A stretch of DNA of 55,645 bases from Promethearchaeota archaeon (GCA_019058245.1 JAHPZJ010000022.1:1-55645); one strand, 5' to 3'; shown: positions 41,094 through 50,296, numbered from the stretch's first letter. Program-made: numbers and translations. The notes: a model not told the origin generated them from the letters alone.

Positions 41094-42452
41094 TTAATTG
41101 CTAAATTCTTTAAGTAAAAAACTCTTAAAATCTTGGTAATTATTAAGTTCTATAGGATTAGGTAATTCTTTTTTATCTCTTATCTTTTGTAATGAAATTG
41201 GCATTTCCGGAGTAATTTTTATTAATGAAATTATCTCATCTGGAAATTTTGATGGATGAGCAGTTTCGAATGTTATTGATTTAACATTCTTATTCTCAGG
41301 AAAATCATTACGATAAGATTTAATAGCAGCCCATCCTACAGCTCCATGAGGTTCTATTATTTTTTTTTGCTTTTCATAAAAATCTATAATTGTATCTTTA
41401 GTAACCTCATCACTTATTGAATAGGAAGTAATATCTTTACGAAGTTCTTCCATATTTGGTATTTTATAGATATTTCCACTCTCATCTAATTGTCCTCCGT
41501 AAAGATCAATTATTCTAGCTAAATTTGAGGGATGCCCTACATTCATGGCATTAGAAATACACTTTTTTGAGGGTTCAACTTTTTTATACACACCCGTTTG
41601 TAAAAATGTTGGAAATTCATCATTCTCATTAACAGCTGAAATAAAAATCTTAACAGGAAGTCCCATTTTTTCTGTAATAAGGCCTCCAGTAAGATTTCCA
41701 AAATTACCTGAAGGAACAGAAAAAATAACTTCTTCTCCAGTTTTTTTTGTAATACGTGAATAACTCCAAAAATAATATAGAGTTTGAGGCATTAATCTCC
41801 CGAAATTTATAGAATTTGCTGAAGATAAATTGATCTCTTTTAACTCTTTATCTGCAAAAGCAGCTTTTACTAAACTTTGACAATCATCAAACTTTCCATT
41901 TATCCCTATCGCAATAACATTTTTACCTAAAGTTGTCATTTGTTTTCTTTGCAAATCACTAATTTCATCCTTAGGGTATAATACTACAACTTTAATTCTT
42001 GGCATTTCATAGAAAGCCTGAGCGACGGCTCCACCTGTATCTCCAGAAGTTGCGGTTAATATAACTAAATCCTTATTTTCAATTTCAAGAAAATGTTGCA
42101 TTATTCTAGCTAGCATTCTAGCACCAAAATCTTTGAAGCTACACGTGGGACCACGATCTAAATAACATATATAATCATTATTAGTAATCTTTTCAACAGG
42201 AATTTTAAAATTCAAGGCAGAATTAACTATTTTATTGAGTTTTGCTTCCGAGATAATATCTCCAATGAATTTTGAAATTACAATTAATGCCATTTCAATG
42301 AAATCCATATTTTTAAAAGATTCAAGAGTATTGTCATTTAATTTCGGAATTTTATTTAGCATGTATAATCCATAATCTGAAGCTTGACCTTGTAAAATAG
42401 CAGTTTTAAAATCTACATCGGCGGAGTTGTAATTTGTAGAGTGAAATTTCAT
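41094..42452 (-). CDS. thrC: Threonine synthase (long, class II-type)
   Basis: GPTCSFKDFG PLP lysine, ATSGDTG, FDDCQ, ANSIN, VPSGNFGN, TAHPSKF. Confidence 0.95.
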   Translation of the reverse strand: MKFHSTNYNSADVDFKTAILQGQASDYGLYMLNKIPKLNDNTLESFKNMDFIEMALIVISKFIGDIISEAKLNKIVNSALNFKIPVEKITNNDYICYLDRGPTCSFKDFGARMLARIMQHFLEIENKDLVILTATSGDTGGAVAQAFYEMPRIKVVVLYPKDEISDLQRKQMTTLGKNVIAIGINGKFDDCQSLVKAAFADKELKEINLSSANSINFGRLMPQTLYYFWSYSRITKKTGEEVIFSVPSGNFGNLTGGLITEKMGLPVKIFISAVNENDEFPTFLQTGVYKKVEPSKKCISNAMNVGHPSNLARIIDLYGGQLDESGNIYKIPNMEELRKDITSYSISDEVTKDTIIDFYEKQKKIIEPHGAVGWAAIKSYRNDFPENKNVKSITFETAHPSKFPDEIISLIKITPEMPISLQKIRDKKELPNPIELNNYQDFKSFLLKEFSN

Positions 42453-42470
42453 TTGAAAAGCCTCAATTAC

Positions 42471-43499
42471 TTAATTATTAAAATTATCGTTTTTTTTTTT
42501 TCTCTCTTTGATAATGCTAATTAAATCGTTAAGGATCGCTGAAGCTGCTTCAAAACCACCAGCGCCTCTCCCGATAAATATTATGGGTCCTGCTTCTTTA
42601 GTCTGAAGTTTAATAAGATTCAATATTCCACTAATATTTAACGGAGAATCCCTCTTTACCAGCCTTGGTTCCACTATTAAATCATTATTTTCTGCAATAG
42701 CCAGATGTTTTATAATATATCCATCTGATTTTGCTAAATCCATAGCTTCTAGTGTTATTTTAGTGATACCTTCAACTTTTACATCATCAATATTTTTTGA
42801 CCAATTAAGTAGTTCATTTGCCAAGATTACCAATTTCCCAGCCGCATCATATCCATCAATATCCAAACTTGGATCTGCTTCAGCATATCCTAATTCTTGA
42901 GCTTCTTTTAACACTACTGCAAAAGGTATTCCTTCAGTTGTCATTCGACTTAAAATATAGTTATTTGTTCCATTTAATATTGCTTCAATACGAGTAATGT
43001 CATTACCTAATAAATTTCTTTTTACCGATAAAGCAGGGACACAACTTGCAACTGTTGCTTCATACTTTACAAAACAGTTCATTTTCTGAGCTAAATTTTT
43101 AATTTTATTATAATGTAAATAGAATGGGGCTTTATTTGCCGAAATTACATCAATATTATTACTCAAGGCTTCAATAATATGCGTTAATGCGGGTTCTCCA
43201 GTTTTTGGTTCAGTAGGAGTTGTTTCAATGCAAATATCTATATCTAGTTTAGAAATAAGATCTGTTGCTTTCACATTTTTTTTCCAAAATTTATTTTCCT
43301 TAAAATTGTTGTTATTAACTAAAATTTCTTCTAAATCAAGTCCATTATTATTAATTAACGCACCATCATATTCAAAAATTGCAACTAATTTACAATTACA
43401 GTTATAATTCTCTTTAATATTATGACTTTTCTTTTTTAATAATTCTAAAAAGCGAGTTCCTACATTACCTTTACCTATTAAACATATTTTTAGTTCCAT
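42471..43499 (-). CDS. hom: Homoserine dehydrogenase
   Basis: GKGNVG, ANKAP, YEATV, ILNGTNNYIL, AQELGYAEADP, DAAGKL, GRGAG. Confidence 0.95.
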   Translation of the reverse strand: MELKICLIGKGNVGTRFLELLKKKSHNIKENYNCNCKLVAIFEYDGALINNNGLDLEEILVNNNNFKENKFWKKNVKATDLISKLDIDICIETTPTEPKTGEPALTHIIEALSNNIDVISANKAPFYLHYNKIKNLAQKMNCFVKYEATVASCVPALSVKRNLLGNDITRIEAILNGTNNYILSRMTTEGIPFAVVLKEAQELGYAEADPSLDIDGYDAAGKLVILANELLNWSKNIDDVKVEGITKITLEAMDLAKSDGYIIKHLAIAENNDLIVEPRLVKRDSPLNISGILNLIKLQTKEAGPIIFIGRGAGGFEAASAILNDLISIIKERKKKNDNFNN

Positions 43500-43521
43500 C
43501 TCAGCACACTACTTTAGCTTA

Positions 43522-44013
43522 TTATGATCGTATCAAGAAAAGGTTTTTTTCCTTACAAATTTTTTCAATTTCATGAATTAATTCGAATTTTGTCATAGAT
43601 TCGGGGAATTCTACACTGATTTTAACATTACTTATCTCATCAAATCCCGCAAATTTTGCTGTTAATTCAAATACTTTAATTTCTTTTTTATCTAAACGTC
43701 TTAGAGTATCTGTTATATCAGTATCAAAAACATGTCCAGATAAGATAAAAGTCATCTTATTTTTTTTTGAATCTATAGAAATATTAATAATTTCTATATT
43801 TTTTTTAATTAGATCTTTCTGAATCTTATCTACTGATAAATCAAGAGATTCCTCCTTTAAATCAAACCAAACAGTAACAGGAATCATATTATTTATTTTT
43901 TTGTCGTGATTATGTAAAATCCCATAAATATTTCCACCATTTTGGGAGATTGGCTTCATCATTTCTATTAAACTTCCCGGAATGTCTGGTAATTTAACTT
44001 CTAAATAAATCAT
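43522..44013 (-). CDS. ACT-domain regulatory protein associated with homoserine dehydrogenase
   Basis: LPDIPGSL...GGNI, LSGHVFDTDI; directly upstream of hom. Confidence 0.85.
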   Translation of the reverse strand: MIYLEVKLPDIPGSLIEMMKPISQNGGNIYGILHNHDKKINNMIPVTVWFDLKEESLDLSVDKIQKDLIKKNIEIINISIDSKKNKMTFILSGHVFDTDITDTLRRLDKKEIKVFELTAKFAGFDEISNVKISVEFPESMTKFELIHEIEKICKEKNLFLIRS

Positions 44014-44208
44014 TTTGAAAAAATCTTCTAATTTCTATAAAAATTTTATTTAATAGCTAAGGTTATTAATAATAATTTATCTGTTTTACGAATAGTACAT
44101 CATTGTATCCATTTTAATTTTTCGAACCATAAATTAAAATTGAAAATTAATAATATAGAGAATTAACTATTTTGAAGGGTATCTATAAAGATTTTACCTA
44201 AATTGAAA

Positions 44209-45069
44209 TCATAATAAGATATTTAGTATCATTTGAGCCCCTCCCGCTTTATCTAGATATTCAGCATGAGAATTAACCTCAATATATTCCTCTTTATAAT
44301 CATTAAAATTCATTTTTAAATATGTCTGAATATGTAACGCATCAAATGTATAAAGAGGGTAGACTGAAGTCGGATGGGCCCCAAAAGGTACTTTCACGAC
44401 AGCGTTGGTCGTTTGCATAGGTAACTGTGCCTTCCCTGGTAAATATCTTATATCTTCAGTTTCTACTAATTTTTCACAAGTAATTATTGTATTTTTTGCT
44501 GTTTTAGCCATGTCCGCGTCCATCCAAACTGCTCCGGCAATGTTGCAATTTCCAAATTCATCTGCATATGGTACGTGGATAATTGCAACATCTAGATCTA
44601 TCTTAGGCACAGCCATTATTTTTGTTCCAGAACCTAAAGGATCTTCAATTTGTCTAATGTCATCCCTTACTTTTGGCATATCTGTCCCTATTATACCTTT
44701 TAAGGGCATGAAAGGCACTTTTAAATAGGATGCCCTTAACCCTAAAGCAATGGTCGCTTCGCTTTCCTCAGATATTTTAATCGAACCGTTTTCTACTGAT
44801 TTTCTATAATGTGGAGCCATTCCAAACATTTCCATTCCTACAAAGCAACTTCTTACTTCCGCAGTACAATTTCCAGCTATAAGCATATCTATTTCAATTC
44901 CACCTACGAATGTACATAATCTCAACTTTTTCTTTTTCTGTCTTACTATCTCTCTACAAGCACTAATTGGTTTTCTCCAGAAAGAAAGACCTCCAAAACC
45001 TACAAGATCTCCATCATTGATATAAGTTGATATAGCTTCGTCTATTGATATTAATTTACTTTCCCTAAT
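44209..45069 (-). CDS. Family I CoA-transferase alpha subunit (GctA-like); probable ATT start
   Basis: The ORF track begins at 44925, but the frame extends to ATT 45069 (right after a TAG) and encodes SKLISIDEAISTYINDGDLVGFGG..RKP. GAGGGGA SD lies 6 nt upstream. Body has PFMP, DVAIIH..ADEFGN, PFGAHP. Confidence 0.88.
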   Translation of the reverse strand: MRESKLISIDEAISTYINDGDLVGFGGLSFWRKPISACREIVRQKKKKLRLCTFVGGIEIDMLIAGNCTAEVRSCFVGMEMFGMAPHYRKSVENGSIKISEESEATIALGLRASYLKVPFMPLKGIIGTDMPKVRDDIRQIEDPLGSGTKIMAVPKIDLDVAIIHVPYADEFGNCNIAGAVWMDADMAKTAKNTIITCEKLVETEDIRYLPGKAQLPMQTTNAVVKVPFGAHPTSVYPLYTFDALHIQTYLKMNFNDYKEEYIEVNSHAEYLDKAGGAQMILNILL

Positions 45070-45220
45070 CTAGAATCCCCTCATAAAATCACATCTATCT
45101 CGCATTAAAAACTAATTAAGTAATAGAGTATTTCAAAATATAATAAATTATTAGATTAATAAACAATGAATAACGATAGAAAAAGATTAAAACAAGGGCT
45201 AGTTCAAGAATATTTTGGTA

Positions 45221-46522
45221 TTATTCAGGTCTTTTTCGTTGTAAGCTATTAGAATAAACTGACATCATTTTTTTATAGATTTCCGGTCCAATTGCTAATC
45301 TATAAGTTCCTTGATTCTTATCCTTAAATCCAATTTTATTATAAATTCTATAAACATTCTTTATATCTTGAAGTAGTGCTTTACTCGATGATATTATTTC
45401 CCCTGAAAATTTTAATCCTTTTCTATTATAATAAACGGTACCATCACCATCGAAGTAGCCTAATAACCAAGCTAGACCAATTTTCCTTTCTTCAGAATTA
45501 GATAATGATTGTTTCTGGTTAAAATCCATTAATTTCTTAATAACTTTTGGAACTCTTTTCTTATCATCTGATGAACCTGATCCGAATTTACTATTATTGA
45601 CTAAAGCTTCTCCCATTGGAAGGCATGTAAATCTCAAATATGACATCTCTGATAACGAGATACTCCCATCCTTTAATTTAACTAACCTTAAACGATCCTT
45701 TATATTCTCTTCACTTATTCCAACAAATTTCGCAAGCTTATAAAGTTCTGATTTATCTTTACTTGAAATTTCTAATGAAATTTCATATTTGTTAGTAGGT
45801 CGGACATATAAACTCGCATCTGCACATAGGAATCCAAGCCAATATGCTTTTTCTACTGTATCAATTTCGTCAAATATATAGGGATTCTTTATAGAATATT
45901 GTTGATGAGAATATTCTGGTAAATCTGAATTACTTGAAATATAATCATCAATCATTAAAATGAAATTTTTTGCTTTACATCCAAGAATCTGATAGAAAAT
46001 AACCTTGAATTTATTTAATTTTCGAATTGATAATTTCTTATTTGGATTAAATTGAGGAAAATTTGGGTTATTTAAACATTGCTTTAAAAAAGCAATATAT
46101 CTCGGATTTCCAAATAAAAGAATAGAGATTTCTTCATCCAAAACTTCGATTAACCCAGAATAACGCCCAATTTCCATTCTCAATGATTCAATGAAGTCAA
46201 GAGACTGAATATCTTTATTAATGAATCTCTTTATTAATTTCAGACAAGTATCTGATTTTGCCCCTAAAATAACATTTATATTATTTTTTAATTTCTCCAT
46301 GGCTGTCCTAGTTATTTCAGAACCTTTCCTTAATCTAACCTTTAATTTATTAACATCCATCCCCCATAATTTAGAAAATTTTGGATCTGATAATCTTTTT
46401 ACTCTCTCAGGAAAGATTTCTGCCAGTTTTTCTCCGAAGTTTTGCAGTTCAATCTTTAAACTTTCAATCAATTCCATAGGATTCATTGAATATATAAAAA
46501 TATTTATCGTTTTTAAATTCAT
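45221..46522 (-). CDS. Free-standing double-motif LAGLIDADG homing endonuclease-like protein with N-terminal extension
   Basis: EKAYWLGFLCADASL and AWLLGYFDGDGTV motifs, SLQRK end; no intein splice residues and no host gene around it. Confidence 0.85.
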   Translation of the reverse strand: MNLKTINIFIYSMNPMELIESLKIELQNFGEKLAEIFPERVKRLSDPKFSKLWGMDVNKLKVRLRKGSEITRTAMEKLKNNINVILGAKSDTCLKLIKRFINKDIQSLDFIESLRMEIGRYSGLIEVLDEEISILLFGNPRYIAFLKQCLNNPNFPQFNPNKKLSIRKLNKFKVIFYQILGCKAKNFILMIDDYISSNSDLPEYSHQQYSIKNPYIFDEIDTVEKAYWLGFLCADASLYVRPTNKYEISLEISSKDKSELYKLAKFVGISEENIKDRLRLVKLKDGSISLSEMSYLRFTCLPMGEALVNNSKFGSGSSDDKKRVPKVIKKLMDFNQKQSLSNSEERKIGLAWLLGYFDGDGTVYYNRKGLKFSGEIISSSKALLQDIKNVYRIYNKIGFKDKNQGTYRLAIGPEIYKKMMSVYSNSLQRKRPE

Positions 46523-46619
46523 AATCGGTTTGAGATTGCTAATTTATTATTTAAAAAAATTAAAATGAAAAAATTCATTCTTTTAACTATTATAAAAATA
46601 ATAAAAAATTTTGATAAAT

Positions 46620-47189
46620 TTGAATGAAAAAAATAGACTTAAACTTGGTCTGGTGCAGGTATATTTTGGAAGGGGTAATATTGCTGTGATTTAGACAGGA
46701 ATGCCTAGAGGTAAAACCACTGCTGCAATAGGGCAAGGTATACGTGCCATTGGACATGGATTTAAAGTATATATGGTTCAATTTATGAAAGGTAGTTATA
46801 AATATGGTGAAATTGAAGCTATAAAAAATATACCCAACTTTGAACTAAAGCAATTTGGTAACCCTGAGTTGATAGCAGAACCAGGAAAATTTGACTTGGA
46901 AGAGGGTCAAAAGGCTCTAAATTACGCTAAAGAAATTATTACTAGTGATGAATATGATATTGTAATTCTTGATGAAGTTGGAGTGGCAATATCTATGAAC
47001 GTTATCCCTGTTGATCCTGTATTGGAACTTATAAAAATAAAACCAGAAAAAGTAGAGCTTATTTTAACAGGTGGACCAAATATGCATCCTAAGATAAAAG
47101 AAGCAGCAGATTTGGTAACTGAAATGAGAATGATTAAACATTATTATTCTTCTCAAGGAATTATTGCTAGATACGGGATAGAATATTAG
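46620..47189 (+). CDS. cobO: Cob(I)alamin adenosyltransferase (CobO/BtuR), interrupted by a candidate 30-nt intron
   Basis: Exon 1 from TTG 46620 (or 46611) gives LGLVQVYFGRG; exon 2 gives GKTTAAIG..RAIGHG, VQFMKG, ILDE, ELILTG, ADLVTEM, GIEY. Spliced product is 179 aa. Confidence 0.9.
46679..46708 (+). other. Candidate archaeal bulge-helix-bulge(-loop) mRNA intron
   Basis: In-frame TAG at 46692; central helix GGGU(46673-76)/GCCU(46703-06); 3-nt bulges AAU and AGA; intron stem AUUGCUGU/ACAGGAAU. Excision gives GGT AAA GGT AAA ACC (GKGKT). Confidence 0.8.
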
Positions 47190-47363
47190 AGTAAGATAAT
47201 GAATAAAAAATACAAATTCTTAATCTTTAAAAAATAGATTTTTCTATGTGAATAATTACTTTTTTCAATTATTTTTGAAAATAATAAGAAATATAATTTG
47301 TAGAAAATTCAAGATTTTAGTATTATAAAATAATAAGAAATAAAACAATAAAATGATGATAAT

Positions 47364-48623
47364 ATGGGAAAATTAGCAAGAAAAGTAGCTATGGTTGGAG
47401 CAGGAATGAGTAAATTTGGTGCACATTTTCCTCATAAAAGAAATCCAGATTTATGGGTAGATGCATGGTTAGATGCTAGTAGTAGGGTTGATAATGGTAT
47501 TGAACCTAAAGATATTGATGCTTGCTATGTTGGTAATTTTAATTCAGAGTTATTTAATCATCAAGGACATCTTGGACCACAGATAGCAGATTTAGTTGGA
47601 TTAACCCCAAAACCTGCCAGCCGATTTGAAGGTGCGTGTGCCAGCAGTGGAATAGCACTTCGTCAAGCAATTATAGCAATTGCCTCAGGAGTCCATGATG
47701 TTATTGCAGTAGCGGGAGTCGAATGCATGACAGAACAACCAACAGTAAATGTAACTGATGTGTTAGCAACAGCATCAGATAGTTTATTTGAATATCCTGC
47801 AGGAGCTACATTTCCAGGATTGTATGCGACATTGGCATCAGCACATTTCCATAAATATGGAACAACAGTAGAAGATTTAATGAGAGTTGGAATAAAAAAC
47901 CATGAAAATGGGGCGGAAAATCCATACGCACAAATGCAAAGCTCTATTAGAGATTTAATGAAAAATAAAATAGCAAAAATTGAAAAGTCGGGGGGAGATG
48001 TTCCAGATTGGAAGGATGAGTTTGATTATCTAAAAAGTAGTTCAAATCCAATGATTGCTTATCCTTTAAGGTTATTCGATTGTAGTTTAATTACTGATGG
48101 TGCAGCATGTGTCTTTTTAGCAGCTGAAAATATGACAAAAAACTTTACAGATACCCCAATTTGGATTACTGGCACAGGTCAGGGCAGTGCAGCTTTATCC
48201 TTACATGATAGAAATGAATTAACTAGTTTTATTGCTACAAAAGAAGCGGCTCGACAAGCTTATGAAATGTCAGGGTTGAAACCTAAAGATATTCAGGTAG
48301 CTGAGGTGCATGATTGTTTTACTATTGCGGAAATTGTGGCATTAGAAGATTTAGGATTTTATGAGAAGGGCAAAGCTGTTGATGCAATAAAGAATGGAGA
48401 AACAAAGCGAGATGGGTTATTACCTATAAATACTAGCGGAGGATTGAAGAGTAAGGGTCATCCTGTAGGTGCTACTGGCGCAGCATTTTGTGTGGAAGTA
48501 TTCAAACAAATGAGAGGTATAGCTGAAAGGAATAGACAAGTAAAATTTGATATAGAACGAATGATGACTCATAATTTAGGTGGATCAGGAGCTACATGTG
48601 TGGTAACAATTTTTGAAAAATAG
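47364..48623 (+). CDS. Archaeal/SCP2-type thiolase
   Basis: EGACASS, ITDGAA, EVHDCF, SGGLKSKGHPVGATG, HNLGG. Confidence 0.93.
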   Translation: MGKLARKVAMVGAGMSKFGAHFPHKRNPDLWVDAWLDASSRVDNGIEPKDIDACYVGNFNSELFNHQGHLGPQIADLVGLTPKPASRFEGACASSGIALRQAIIAIASGVHDVIAVAGVECMTEQPTVNVTDVLATASDSLFEYPAGATFPGLYATLASAHFHKYGTTVEDLMRVGIKNHENGAENPYAQMQSSIRDLMKNKIAKIEKSGGDVPDWKDEFDYLKSSSNPMIAYPLRLFDCSLITDGAACVFLAAENMTKNFTDTPIWITGTGQGSAALSLHDRNELTSFIATKEAARQAYEMSGLKPKDIQVAEVHDCFTIAEIVALEDLGFYEKGKAVDAIKNGETKRDGLLPINTSGGLKSKGHPVGATGAAFCVEVFKQMRGIAERNRQVKFDIERMMTHNLGGSGATCVVTIFEK

Positions 48624-48635
48624 AGGTGGAAAAAA

Positions 48636-49058
48636 ATGGTTGAAAGTGAGAGAGATTTTACAATAAAAAGTTATATAGATTATTTAGCTGAAAAGAAATT
48701 AATGGGATCAAAATGTAAAGAATGTGGAGAAATATATGTTCCTGTGAGAAAATTGTGTATTAAATGTAATAAAGCAAATATGGAATGGACGGAAATGTCA
48801 GGAAATGGAGAAATTGCAGCTTTTACAAGTATTACAGTAGGAACTCCATTTTTCGTAGAAAAAGGGTATAATAGAAATAAACCTTATTGCTTTTCAGTAA
48901 TAAAACTAGATGAAGGTCCGATGGTAAGTGGACAATTAATTAGAGTAGATGAAAGTAAACCAGAAACAATTAATATTGGAATGCCTGTTAAAGCGACGTT
49001 TATTGAAACAGATATTAAGGGTGAAACAAGGGTAGATTTAGGGTTTGAACCTAGATAG
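48636..49058 (+). CDS. DUF35 Zn-ribbon/OB-fold protein (thiolase partner)
   Basis: KCKECG..P.RKLCIKC, LDEGP, IGMPV; follows the thiolase with a GAGGTG SD. Confidence 0.92.
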   Translation: MVESERDFTIKSYIDYLAEKKLMGSKCKECGEIYVPVRKLCIKCNKANMEWTEMSGNGEIAAFTSITVGTPFFVEKGYNRNKPYCFSVIKLDEGPMVSGQLIRVDESKPETINIGMPVKATFIETDIKGETRVDLGFEPR

Positions 49059-49138
49059 CCTTCTATTTTTTTATTTTTTTATTTCAAATGATGATAAAAT
49101 CATATTCATATTAAATATTTAATTTAAGGTGATTTTGG

Positions 49139-50296
49139 ATAAAAAAATTATATCAAATCTTAATCCCAATCGTAATTTCATCAATAATTATTTTTTCACT
49201 CATTATTTTTAATATTCCCTCAAACAACTTAAATATCCAAAATTATGAAGAAAATTTGCAATTTAATGGGGATAATGCTTATTCTTATATTCAAGATCAG
49301 CTTGATATTGGTTTTCGAATACCTGGTACACAGGAACGGGTAGATTGTGCTAATTATTTCATATCCAAATTTCAAGAGATCGATAATAATTTTATATATC
49401 ATCTTCATAACTTCACAACACATTTAGTTGATTGTCAAAATGTACTTTTTAAATTAAACGAAGATAAACCGAATATTATCATTTTAGGAACACATTATGA
49501 TTCTCGTGCAAAAGCTACAAAAGATCCAGATATAACAAATAGAGATAGCCCCGTTCCAGGTGCTAATGATGGGGCAAGTGGTAGTGCAGTTCTTTTAGAA
49601 ATTGCTAAAGTTTTGTACAATCGAAGAGAGAATTTATCATGTCAAATATGGTTTTTATTTTTTGATGCTGAAGATCAAGGAAAAGACAATGATTATGGAC
49701 TTGATGGATGGGATTGGTGTATAGGATCTCGAGAATTTGCCTCTGAGATAGATAATTATTATAATTCAACAAAAGAGAGTTTTGAATGCATGATATTATT
49801 AGATATGGTTGGTGGAGATAATTTGCAATTTATTAATGAACAATACTCTACTTCTTCCCTTTTGAATGAATTATTTGCAGTAGGAAGACAGCTTGGGTAT
49901 AATAATCAATTTTCATCGAATCCTGAAACCGCGTCTATAATTGATGACCATAGAGCCTTTTTGAATATAGGTATTTCTTCGGCGGATTTGATAATTAATT
50001 TCTGGGATAATCCCGGATGGTCTTATCATCATACAATTCAAGATAATATAAATCACATCTCAAATATTAGTCTTGATGTTACTGGTAAAACTGTAGAGCA
50101 GTTTATCTATAATAATTATATAAAAAACCCGGAAAACTCATATCAAGGGAATTTTCCATGGATTAAGGATAAGAACATTTTATCAATTGATATGTTGATA
50201 ACTATTATCTTAATTATCATTTTTATATGTATAATTATCGAATTATTTATTATTATAAGAGATGAGACCGTGGATAATATAGAACTTAAAAAATAA
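49139..50296 (+). CDS. M28 family peptidase / glutaminyl cyclase-like, membrane-anchored; probable ATA start
   Basis: THYDSR, GANDGASG, FDAED, LDMVG, DDH, HHT.QD. The frame extends upstream of 49256 through a signal-anchor segment (IKKLYQILIPIVISSIIIFSLIIF); ATA lies 6 nt after GGTGA; C-terminal TM. Confidence 0.85.
   Translation: MKKLYQILIPIVISSIIIFSLIIFNIPSNNLNIQNYEENLQFNGDNAYSYIQDQLDIGFRIPGTQERVDCANYFISKFQEIDNNFIYHLHNFTTHLVDCQNVLFKLNEDKPNIIILGTHYDSRAKATKDPDITNRDSPVPGANDGASGSAVLLEIAKVLYNRRENLSCQIWFLFFDAEDQGKDNDYGLDGWDWCIGSREFASEIDNYYNSTKESFECMILLDMVGGDNLQFINEQYSTSSLLNELFAVGRQLGYNNQFSSNPETASIIDDHRAFLNIGISSADLIINFWDNPGWSYHHTIQDNINHISNISLDVTGKTVEQFIYNNYIKNPENSYQGNFPWIKDKNILSIDMLITIILIIIFICIIIELFIIIRDETVDNIELKK

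Noticed and set aside
45221-46522. Intein or intron-encoded status of the LAGLIDADG ORF
   Set aside because: No N-terminal Cys/Ser splice block or C-terminal His-Asn, and the flanks are intergenic rather than halves of a split gene or rRNA.
46692-46694. Pyrrolysine or stop-codon readthrough of the TAG in cobO
   Set aside because: Readthrough would leave a 10-residue insertion inside the ATP-binding loop; no pyl genes are in the window, and TAG is used as a normal stop elsewhere here.
46701-47189. cobO starting at ATG 46701 as given in the ORF track
   Set aside because: It would lack the first beta-strand and half of the P-loop, which are encoded in frame upstream; the ATG lies inside the candidate intron.
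47930-48050. Insertion-like segment in the second thiolase as another intron
   Set aside because: It is in frame, has no stop, reads as a plausible helical protein segment, and I could find no BHB pairing by eye.
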